A stretch of DNA of 64,000 nt from Monocercomonoides exilis PA203. Lineage: Eukaryota > Protista > Preaxostyla. The notes beneath the pieces are model-generated. The model saw only the letters and a program-made list of their open reading frames with translations. It was not told the DNA's origin and did no database searches. Shown one piece after another: positions 13,463 to 23,978 of the stretch. Location of the stretch: NCBI GenBank assembly GCA_001643675.2, contig LSRY02000072.1, forward strand, positions 69,336 through 133,335, written 5' to 3'. The stretch's first letter is position 1; each line of letters starts with the position of its first letter. The translations under genes and the position numbers were made by a program.

Positions 13463-13732
13463 TGGGGGAAAATATGAACTTTCAAGCTTTTTATGCACAA
13501 AGAACAAAAAAATTGTTTCACTCATAACTTTTCTTAACTTTGTCAGATTTCAAAATAAATCAGATTCTCATATCCTAAAACTGATATCATTGACACTACA
13601 ACACAATGTTTTGTGTCATCACAAATATTTCAATAAGGAAAGAAATTTTACTTGGATTTTTTGATCAAAATATGACAATAAAAAGTGCATAATTTTTTAA
13701 TGAAAAAACATGAAGTTACATATTTTCCCCCA
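13463..13732. mobile_element. MITE, family B (TGGGGGAAAATATG TIR, TA-flanked)
   Basis: TA|tgggggaaaatatgaacttt ... gaagttacatattttccccca|TA; a homologous inverted copy lies at about 54799-55066. Confidence 0.75.
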
Positions 13733-14259
13733 TATATGTATTTTTTTTTTTTTTTAACAATGGAATTATTATTCAATAATTTTTTGAAAAGTTTCTTTTG
13801 TTAGATTTTCAGGAGAAAATAAACATTGTGTATTTTCATCCAGTTTTCATTCCTACTCATAAAATATCATCAACTTGGATGCAAATGCTTGACAATATAA
13901 ATGTGCACATTCTTTTGAATTTTGGTGAATTGGAATGAAAATTTTTTTAAAATATTCAATTTTCATTTTCATTTGAAAAAAATGTGAAATGAACTTTTCA
14001 AAAAATGTGAACATATAAAAAGTATTATTAAAAAAATAACACACACCAAAAAGGAATATTTATTTTGTGTTTGTCTCAAACATGGGAAATTGCTGCAACT
14101 CTTTTGATAATTTTCATTCCAATAATAATAAACTGCTCATTGGCAACAAAACCTTTCAATGATCCACTCTCCGAAAAAAGGAATTATTTCTAAAATAATT
14201 GTACATATTGTTCAATAACTCAAAAAAATATTTATTATGCCAAATAAATTAAAAAAATA

Positions 14260-14637
14260 CAGTTTGCACAAAAAATTCCGGACATCGCAAAAAATATCGA
14301 ACAAGATCGATATCTCAATAACCGCAAGAAGAAAAATTCTGACAAATTTCCTCAAAATATATCTCATCAATACAAACTCACATGACATACAAGACTTTCA
14401 GGACAGCTTCGCTTGAGGTCAGAGAAAATTATTATTTTCATTTCGGAGAAACTCAAAATATTATTTCTCCTGGATATCAATCATTGATTTTTTCTGAGCT
14501 CAAGCGAAGCTGTCCTGAAAGTCTTGTATGTCACGTGAGTTTGTATTGATGATATATATTTTGAGGAAATCTAACAGAATTATTCTTTTTGCAATTATTG
14601 AGATATCGATCTTGTCCTGTATTTTTTGCACAATCTG
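14260..14637. mobile_element. Foldback-type MITE, family C (long inverted arms, TA-flanked, CAG...CTG ends; Tc1/mariner-like)
   Basis: Arm tacaaactcacatgacatacaagactttcaggacagcttcgcttgag pairs with ctcaagcgaagctgtcctgaaagtcttgtatgtcacgtgagtttgta. A second copy lies at 55564-55920. Confidence 0.85.
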
Positions 14638-15014
14638 TATGAACAAATTTAATAAATAATAAAAAATATCAGAAAACAATAAAATTAAAAACACTTCAAT
14701 TAATATAACAGCATATTAATAATATTAATAAAAAATCCAATAAAATAATCGTTTTAACAAAAAAGAATTCAAGAAAGAATGATGTTATTAATACTTGATT
14801 TTAAAAAAAATTAATAATTTCGGAATGTTTCGGAATAGAAAAATTCATTGGTAACTTTCATTTTGTTCATTGTTACATATGACATAAGCCTGGGTGACTT
14901 AAGACTTTTGTCTTAAGGTAATCTACTTTTGACTGACTTTAAAAATGCTTGAAGTCAAAAAGCATTTATATCTCATCAAAATTATTCAAAAGTTTAACAG
15001 TTTATCGTTCACAC

Positions 15015-18000
15015 TAGGCCTGGTTGACGGATTGAAAAATAGACGGTTACGTCAGTCAACAGAATTTTTTCACGTCAATTGATTTTTTTTGTCTCTCTTG
15101 TTTTTTGAAACAATAAACATATATTTTTTAGAATAAAATTGTATGGCTATTTTCAATAATGATTAGTAATGAATTTCATTTTTCCTTTAAAAAAAAAAAC
15201 ACTAAACCATAATTCATATATCGCTCAATATGAGAAAAATAATTTCGCAATTTCACGCTTGCAGTATATGAACGCTAATTGGTTTGCATATTATTGTATT
15301 TGCCTATTATCTGTAAATGTTTTTCTTTTTGTGAATCAGTGGAAATTTTAGAAAATAAACAAATAGTGGAATATCTTATTATCCTTGATGAATATCCAGT
15401 TTGCTTAACGGATTCATAAAGAAAGTCCACAAGAAGAAGAGACGTAAAAGTGAAAATAGAGAGTCAGATGATGAAACACTTGAAAAAGGAAGAAATTAGA
15501 AATTGGATTGAAGAAAACAGTTGCCAATGGGATAAGTTATAGATATTGACTTAAAAATAGGTTCTGAAGGTTTGCTATCGTTGTTTTTTTGAAGTGATTA
15601 TTCTTTTTTATTCAGGCTATTGAAAGAATGAGTGATTATATGGCTTTGAATAAGGAAAGCAGGGAAGAAAAATGAAAAGAAGGTTGTTGAAATATAAGAT
15701 TAATCGAAGATGCCTGGCGTTGGGCTTTGATGATGAATAATTTTTGAGGAAAAAAGATTTTTTGTGAAAGAGGGGAAGCGAAAAAAGAAGAGATTAAATG
15801 AAAAAGGGATTCACATATGTTTCCTATTTTTTGTTGGTGAGGGGGGATAATTGAGCTGACAGTGAAAAAGATTCAGAGGTTTCTCCTCACCAGAAGACAA
15901 AATCCTGAAGAGGAGAATTACAACGAATTTCTCCGTTGGTGAAAATTGAAATTTATGTTCTCAACTTTCAACCTTCAATCAACTCATTCATTCAACACCT
16001 TCAAAATCTTCATCAAATTATCACAACATTTCACACGCTTCTTCTTCTTCTTCTTCTTCTTCTTCATTCACATCATCTGAATGAATTTCTTCATATTTGA
16101 TATCTGCATCAGAGATCATGAATGAAATGAAGAAGAAACGGAGAAATTATTCATCCAAAGGAAGTTTTCATAAATTTTAATTAGAATAAGAAGAATGAAA
16201 GACGAGGCGAAAGAGAAAGAGAAAGAGAATGAAGAGCGTGTTTTGAGAGGAGAACTGGAAAGGAAATGGAATCGAGAAGATGGAAGAGGGTTTTTTGAAT
16301 GAAAGGAAGAAGATGATAATGAATACGAAGATGAAGAAGAACATGAAGCTGGTTGAGAGCCAGCCACCAACTGCGAAAGGTACTAAACAGAGCAAAAAGA
16401 AGAGCAACGCTGCCAGGGAAACTCAAACGAGATAAAAGGAGCGAAGTCCATTCCACATGACTCAGAAAACCGCTTTGTATCTCATTCAACTACCTTCTGT
16501 CTTTGGCAGCTTGTTGTTTCAACATGGAACAATGAATGACTTTTTCATTTATTTGAGTGTGTGTATGCTTCGTTGTAACATGTGCAATCTTCACTATCCT
16601 TTTCATTGGCAAATGAATGTTCTACCTCTTCTTCTCCTTCTCTTTCTCATTCTCTTTCTGCATCGTCCATCCCAGCTTCCACTTCTCCGCTTCAATTTCT
16701 TTATTATTCATTCTCTCTCTCAGCTGAATGTGCTTAAACGGATTAAAACCACAACAGAAGACAAGTGCACAAAGGTTAAAAAGCAACAGGAAAGTGACAA
16801 ACTGAAGAATTGTGTGTGGAGAAAATAACAAATACGAAGAAGAATACGAAGAGGAATATGAAAAAGAAGGAGAAGAAGAGGTGGGGGAGCTGGCTGTTTG
16901 TGGGAAAGCATCAGGAAAGAGATGGGAATGAGCACAAGGCGAGCTAACAACCGACGAATAAGATGAAGAAGCCAATGGAAATATGGAATTATAATTGGAG
17001 AGAGAAGGCGACAGATCTGAGACAGCAGAAGAAGAGAAAGAAAAAGATACGCAAAAGGGAGGAGAGGAAGAGGAAAGCGAATAAGAGCCATTGGAATTCC
17101 TGTTTTGAGCAATCTCGTTATTCGGGGTTGAAGTATTAAAGAAGAGAGAAAAGCCACAACTGGACATATCATGTGCTGCATTTGGAGAGTGAAGCGTGGT
17201 CGATACAAAAGGCAGCTGAGACGCGCTGCTTTGGAATTCGACTGATGAATTGAGAAGAAACGAAGAAAAGGAAAAAGATGAAGAAGGATATGAAAATGAT
17301 AGCGATGACGATTTTCACTTGAGTCATTCTGTTGTTTCATTTCTTCTTTTTCTTCAACACCTTCTTCTTCATCGGTTGTTGTGCTTTCATCCATTCCAAT
17401 ATGAATGATGTCTGACGTGATGAGTGCTGCCATCAAAAGCGACAGGTCGTCTTTGCTGAGAGAGAAGCAGTCGTCGATGGTGAACAGCACGGAATCTCTC
17501 AGATGGTCGTCAGAAAAGAAATGGATGACAGGCTGTGGGATGAGGGGAAGAATAGCAACGATCGGTGGAATGGGTGTGGGAAAGGACAACAGCTCCGTTG
17601 GGGAAGAAGAAAGTTAAAAAGAAGAAGATAGTGAAGAAGGAAAAGATGCTGTTATAGAATAGGAAATATCAGTGAAGAGTTAAAATAAAATTGAAAAATC
17701 AACAAACAATAACGGAATTCAGAAAGTGAAAAGATATTCACAAAGATGTGTGGAAGACAGAATGCATGATATAGAAGATATGTTGTAAGCTATAAAAGCA
17801 CTTCGAACATATTCATTGAAAAGAAGTGAGATTTAATTGAAAAGAGCAACAAACGCAACACATATTCTCCTTCTCGTTTACTTCCATCACGAATATTGCT
17901 TTCAGTTTCCTCATTCAGATGTTCTTCTTTTTATTTGCTCATTGATATTAACGCTTTACAAGAACTATCTTAAAATATGCAGTATATTCATGAAAATATT

Positions 18001-19080
18001 GATTGATATTTTTGTGAAAATCAAAAAAGAAAACAGTTGATTTGTTATTTATTTCAAAATAATTGATTGTATTGTGAAATGAAAAAACCTTTGTCAAAAG
18101 ACAAAATAGTTAAAAGAGCATTCAGTGCTTCAAAGATAGAGAATGCCTTCTGTCACCAGACATCCTTTTTGTTCTTGAAAAGACACATTCGCAGCTTGCT
18201 TCGCTGCATTGAGATGAAACAAATGAAAAAAAGATGTTTGAGAGAATTGTTAGAAGAAGTTCTTTCTTTGTGATCTCTGCGTAGAACTTTTGTGTGTCGC
18301 CTTCGAATATGAAGCTTGGTGCTTCATTCAAAAAATCCAGAAACAATTTGAAACATAAATCCCTGATCTCTTTTGATTGATTTGATTACACTGTCACAAC
18401 GTATATTTCAAAACTTTGTCTAATTCGTATATCCCAGTAAAATCATATGGAACATACCACTTGATAACAAACTTCTTTCTCTTTTTCTGGTTCCAGACGG
18501 GAAATCAAACTAATCTTCTGGTTTGAAAACAGCACCTCCACATCATTTGTGCTATATTCTATTTCATCTGTTCTATCTTCCATTGAATCTTCAAGTGAGT
18601 CATGAGTATTATCTTCGAAAACAAGTATTTGAGAAGATGTCAAGCATGTTGAAGAAAAACTTTCAGAAGAAGAAGAGCAGGAGGAAGCAGCTGAATGAAT
18701 TGAAGAAGACTCATTCATGGTTTCATCTTTTTTCTTTTCACTTTATTTTGTTAATCCGGTCATTTGAAGATACACTTTAAAGTGTGTTTTAGCTATTCAA
18801 AGTGAATAAATCAATCAAAAAGCGATGCATTTAATATGTTCATCCATAAAGGCATTCTGAAATTTACTCAAATGATTTCAACATTCAATTATGTTGGGTG
18901 TTGACACAAAAATTTGACAAAGTCAAAAAAAGATCGACCAGTCTGTGACTTTGGCAATTTCCAAAAAATTGATCCGGTCAAAACCCATTAACGTGTTCTT
19001 TATTTCTTAAAAAAAGTGTCGATTATTTTTTGTTCGATTAAAATTTTTCATTTTCCTTTAATTCAATTTAGTGTGTGAAC
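15015..19080 (-). repeat. Left arm of a ~4.06-kb inverted duplication (mirror of 19203-23260)
   Basis: Mirror-image ORF pairs, e.g. 16720-17589(-)/20689-21555(+), 15169-15351(+)/22924-23106(-) and 18523-18780(+)/19503-19760(-). The differences I noticed are mostly homopolymer-length indels. Confidence 0.97.
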
Positions 19081-19564
19081 TAAGCCTGGGTGACTTAAGA
19101 CTTTTGTCTTAAGGCAATCTACTTTTGACTGACTTTAAAAATGCTTGAAGTCAAAAAGCATTTATATCTCATCAAAATTATTCAAAAGTTTAACAGTTTA
19201 TCGTTCACACACTAAATTGAATTAAAGGAAAATGAAAAATTTTAATCGAACAAAAAATAATCGACACTTTTTTTAAGAAATAAAGAACACGTTAATGGGT
19301 TTTGACCGGATCAATTTTTTGGAAATTGCCAAAGTCACAGACTGGTCGATCTTTTTTTGACTTTGTCAAATTTTTGTGTCAACACCCAACATAATTGAAT
19401 GTTGAAATCATTTGAGTAAATTTCAGAATGCCTTTATGGATGAACATATTAAATGCATCGCTTTTTGATTGATTTATTCACTTTGAATAGCTAAAACACA
19501 CTTTAAAGTGTATCTTCAAATGACCGGATTAACAAAATAAAGTGAAAAGAAAAAAGATGAAACC

Positions 19565-20190
19565 ATGAATGAGTCTTCTTCAATTCATTCAGCTGCTTCC
19601 TCCTGCTCTTCTTCTTCTGAAAGTTTTTCTTCAACATGCTTGACATCTTCTCAAATACTTGTTTTCGAAGATAATACTCATGACTCACTTGAAGATTCAA
19701 TGGAAGATAGAACAGATGAAATAGAATATAGCACAAATGATGTGGAGGTGCTGTTTTCAAACCAGAAGATTAGTTTGATTTCCGTCTGGAACCAGAAAAA
19801 GAGAAAGAAGTTTGTTATCAAGTGGTATGTTCCATATGATTTTACTGGGATATACGAATTAGACAAAGTTTTGAAATATACGTTGTGACAGTGTAATCAA
19901 ATCAATCAAAAGAGATCAGGGATTTATGTTTCAAATTGTTTCTGGATTTTTGAATGAAGCACCAAGCTTCATATTCGAAGGCGACACACAAAAGTTCTAC
20001 GCAGAGATCACAAAGAAAGAACTTCTTCTAACAATTCTCTCAAACATCTTTTTTCATTTGTTTCATCTCAATGCAGCGAAGCAAGCTGCGAATGTGTCTT
20101 TCAAGAACAAAAAGGATGTCTGGTGACAGAAGGCATTCTCTATCTTTGAAGCACTGAATGCTCTTTTAACTATTTTGTCTTTTGACAAAG
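19565..20190 (+). pseudogene. Internally deleted, frameshifted hAT transposase remnant (mirror copy at about 18090-18718, minus strand)
   Basis: In the left-arm copy the frame reads SQCSEASCECVFSRTKRMSGDRRHSLS, with (E)ALNALLTIL after a frameshift. This matches the hAT C-terminal dimerisation motif (S...ERxFS......DRR..L...leaL). No DDE core is visible. Confidence 0.75.
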
Positions 20191-20479
20191 GTTTTTCATT
20201 TCACAATACAATCAATTATTTTGAAATAAATAACAAATCAACTGTTTTCTTTTTTGATTTTCACAAAAATATCAATCAATATTTTCATGAATATACTGCA
20301 TATTTTAAGATAGTTCTTGTAAAGCGTTAATATCAATGAGCAAATAAAAAGAAGAACATCTGAATGAGGAAACTGAAAGCAATATTCGTGATGGAAGTAA
20401 ACGAGAAGGAGAATATGTGTTGCGTTTGTTGCTCTTTTCAATTAAATCTCACTTCTTTTCAATGAATATGTTCGAAGTG

Positions 20480-22900
20480 CTTTTATAGCTTACAACATAT
20501 CTTCTATATCATGCATTCTGTCTTCCACACATCTTTGTGAATATCTTTTCACTTTCTGAATTCCGTTATTGTTTGTTGATTTTTCAATTTTATTTTAACT
20601 CTTCACTGATATTTCCTATTCTATAACAGCATCTTTTCCTTCTTCACTATCTTCTTCTTTTTAACTTTCTTCTTCCCCAACGGAGCTGTTGTCCTTTCCC
20701 ACACCCATTCCACCGATCGTTGCTATTCTTCCCCTCATCCCACAGCCTGTCATCCATTTCTTTTCTGACGACCATCTGAGAGATTCCGTGCTGTTCACCA
20801 TCGACGACTGCTTCTCTCTCAGCAAAGACGACCTGTCGCTTTTGATGGCAGCACTCATCACGTCAGACATCATTCATATTGGAATGGATGAAAGCACAAC
20901 AACCGATGAAGAAGAAGGTGTTGAAGAAAAAGAAGAAATGAAACAACAGAATGACTCAAGTGAAAATCGTCATCGCTATCATTTTCATATCCTTCTTCAT
21001 CTTTTTCCTTTTCTTCGTTTCTTCTCAATTCATCAGTCGAATTCCAAAGCAGCGCGTCTCAGCTGCCTTTTGTATCGACCACGCTTCACTCTCCAAATGC
21101 AGCACATGATATGTCCAGTTGTGGCTTTTCTCTCTTCTTTAATACTTCAACCCCGAATAACGAGATTGCTCAAAACAGGAATTCCAATGGCTCTTATTCG
21201 CTTTCCTCTTCCTCTCCTCCCTTTGCGTATCTTTTTCTTTCTCTTCTTCTGCTGTCTCAGATCTGTCGCCTTCTCTCCAATTATAATTCCATATTTCCAT
21301 TGGCTTCTTCATCTTATTCGTCGGTTGTTAGCTCGCCTTGTGCTCATTCCCATCTCTTTCCTGATGCTTTCCCACAAACAGCCAGCTCCCCCACCTCTTC
21401 TTCTCCTTCTTTTTCATATTCCTCTTCGTATTCTTCTTCGTATTTGTTATTTTCTCCACACACAATTCTTCAGTTTGTCACTTTCCTGTTGCTTTTTAAC
21501 CTTTGTGCACTTGTCTTCTGTTGTGGTTTTAATCCGTTTAAGCACATTCAGCTGAGAGAGAGAATGAATAATAAAGAAATTGAAGCGGAGAAGTGGAAGC
21601 TGGGATGGACGATGCAGAAAGAGAATGAGAAAGAGAAGGAGAAGAAGAGGTAGAACATTCATTTGCCAATGAAAAGGATAGTGAAGATTGCACATGTTAC
21701 AACGAAGCATACACACACTCAAATAAATGAAAAAGTCATTCATTGTTCCATGTTGAAACAACAAGCTGCCAAAGACAGAAGGTAGTTGAATGAGATACAA
21801 AGCGGTTTTCTGAGTCATGTGGAATGGACTTCGCTCCTTTTATCTCGTTTGAGTTTCCCTGGCAGCGTTGCTCTTCTTTTTGCTCTGTTTAGTACCTTTC
21901 GCAGTTGGTGGCTGGCTCTCAACCAGCTTCATGTTCTTCTTCATCTTCGTATTCATTATCATCTTCTTCCTTTCATTCAAAAAACCCTCTTCCATCTTCT
22001 CGATTCCATTTCCTTTCCAGTTCTCCTCTCAAAACACGCTCTTCATTCTCTTTCTCTTTCTCTTTCGCCTCGTCTTTCATTCTTCTTATTCTAATTAAAA
22101 TTTATGAAAACTTCCTTTGGATGAATAATTTCTCCGTTTCTTCTTCATTTCATTCATGATCTCTGATGCAGATATCAAATATGAAGAAATTCATTCAGAT
22201 GATGTGAATGAAGAAGAAGAAGAAGAAGAAGAAGAAGCGTGTGAAATGTTGTGATAATTTGATGAAGATTTTGAAGGTGTTGAATGAATGAGTTGATTGA
22301 AGGTTGAAAGTTGAGAACATAAATTTCAATTTTCACCAACGGAGAAATTCGTTGTAATTCTCCTCTTCAGGATTTTGTCTTCTGGTGAGGAGAAACCTCT
22401 GAATCTTTTTCACTGTCAGCTCAATTATCCCCCCTCACCAACAAAAAATAGGAAACATATGTGAATCCCTTTTTCATTTAATCTCTTCTTTTTTCGCTTC
22501 CCCTCTTTCACAAAAAATCTTTTTTCCTCAAAAATTATTCATCATCAAAGCCCAACGCCAGGCATCTTCGATTAATCTTATATTTCAACAACCTTCTTTT
22601 CATTTTTCTTCCCTGCTTTCCTTATTCAAAGCCATATAATCACTCATTCTTTCAATAGCCTGAATAAAAAAGAATAATCACTTCAAAAAAACAACGATAG
22701 CAAACCTTCAGAACCTATTTTTAAGTCAATATCTATAACTTATCCCATTGGCAACTGTTTTCTTCAATCCAATTTCTAATTTCTTCCTTTTTCAAGTGTT
22801 TCATCATCTGACTCTCTATTTTCACTTTTACGTCTCTTCTTCTTGTGGACTTTCTTTATGAATCCGTTAAGCAAACTGGATATTCATCAAGGATAATAAG
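20480..22900 (+). pseudogene. Degraded, probably captured host-gene fragments inside the hAT element
   Basis: Coding-like stretches (ORFs 20689-21555, 21111-21653, 21786-22094) with host-style Ser/Glu tracts, broken by frameshifts and stops. No family recognised. Confidence 0.45.
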
Positions 22901-23431
22901 ATATTCCACTATTTGTTTATTTTCTAAAATTTCCACTGATTCACAAAAAGAAAAACATTTACAGATAATAGGCAAATACAATAATATGCAAACCAATTAG
23001 CGTTCATATACTGCAAGCGTGAAATTGCGAAATTATTTTTCTCATATTGAGCGATATATGAATTATGGTTTAGTGTTTTTTTTTTTAAAGGAAAAATGAA
23101 ATTCATTACTAATCATTATTGAAAATAGCCATACAATTTTATTCTAAAAAATATATGTTTATTGTTTCAAAAAACAAGAGAGACAAAAAAAATCAATTGA
23201 CGTGAAAAAATTCTGTTGACTGACGTAACCGTCTATTTTTCAATCCGTCAACCAGGCCTAATATGACAATTTAAAGAATTAATAAATAGGTTCAAATATC
23301 ACCCAAATCAAGTTTTGATTAAATCAATTGTTGACCCATTATTAATTTTTAACATTTTGTTTTATTGATTCACATTTTGTAACAAGCAATTACCATAAAA
23401 ATTACTGAATATAATCATAAAATAACATTAA

Positions 23432-23803
23432 ATGTTCATTGAAGAAGAACTCCAAGAAATTGAAAAAGAGTATTCGCCATATTTACACAATTTTTCAATT
23501 GTTAAAAAATCGGAGACAGAAGCAAAATTTTCTCTGACTACGTTTGAAGATGAAATATTTGTTATAAATTTGAGCATCGATGGATATGAGGTTTGAAAGA
23601 CGATTGGTAGAAATTGTTCATGAATGTTTGAGCTCTCAACTTGACATTTTTCACAAAAGGTTGTTGATGGACCTTTAAAAGGTAATGTTTATGAATCATT
23701 CGAAGGTTTTATACGTTCAAGCAGTAAGCATTATCAATCGATGCAGAATAAAATTTTTCTTGAAAGACTTTCGTTGTTATCAAAGGAAAAGGATCATCAG
23801 TAG
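23432..23803 (+). CDS. GSKIP-domain (DUF727) protein, 100 aa, one intron
   Basis: Exons 23432-23590 and 23660-23803 give MFIEEELQEIEKEY...LTTFEDEIFVINLSIDGYE|VVDGPLKGNVYESFEGFIRSSSKHYQSMQNKIFLERLSLL. This follows the GSKIP pattern (T.E.....l.l...G..VV...YE.......S..Y........RL..L). Missed by the ORF track. Confidence 0.75.
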
Positions 23804-23978
23804 TTTTTTCGTTGTTTTTCTCTTATAATTTCTTTAAAAAATTTCGAATAAGTTGAAATTTATCTGAATTATTAAAAACAAACATGCTTTCAAACATTTC
23901 CCACTTGATCTTTCTTTTACTTTTTTGAATAAAGATCAGTTTCAATTTTTTGTTTTTTGAAATAACAACCAAATATAA

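Larger units (their letters stand above)
14885..23260. mobile_element. Composite rearranged hAT transposon: left end (130 bp) + inverted remainder + complete element
   Basis: Flanked by the direct 8-bp repeat ATATGACA (14877-14884, 23261-23268). 14885-15014 repeats 19081-19210. 15015-19080 is the reverse complement of 19203-23260. Confidence 0.92.
19081..23260 (+). mobile_element. Complete 4.18-kb non-autonomous hAT-superfamily DNA transposon carrying degraded cargo
   Basis: Imperfect 14-bp TIRs TAAGCCTGGGTGAC / GTCAACCAGGCCTA (12/14 match), 8-bp target duplications, subterminal TGAC/GTCA repeats and a hAT dimerisation-domain remnant. Confidence 0.88.

Noticed and set aside
15015-23260. The inverted duplication as a simple fold-back sequencing or assembly artefact
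   Set aside because: Both breakpoints coincide with TIR ends and carry a reciprocal 8-bp target duplication, and the spacer is repeated outside the palindrome. A random fold-back would not produce this. Read-level confirmation is still needed.
14885-23260. Classical double-Ds structure (a whole element inserted inverted into another)
   Set aside because: That would give an inverted L end and direct internal TSDs. Here both L ends point the same way and the internal 8-mers are inverted.
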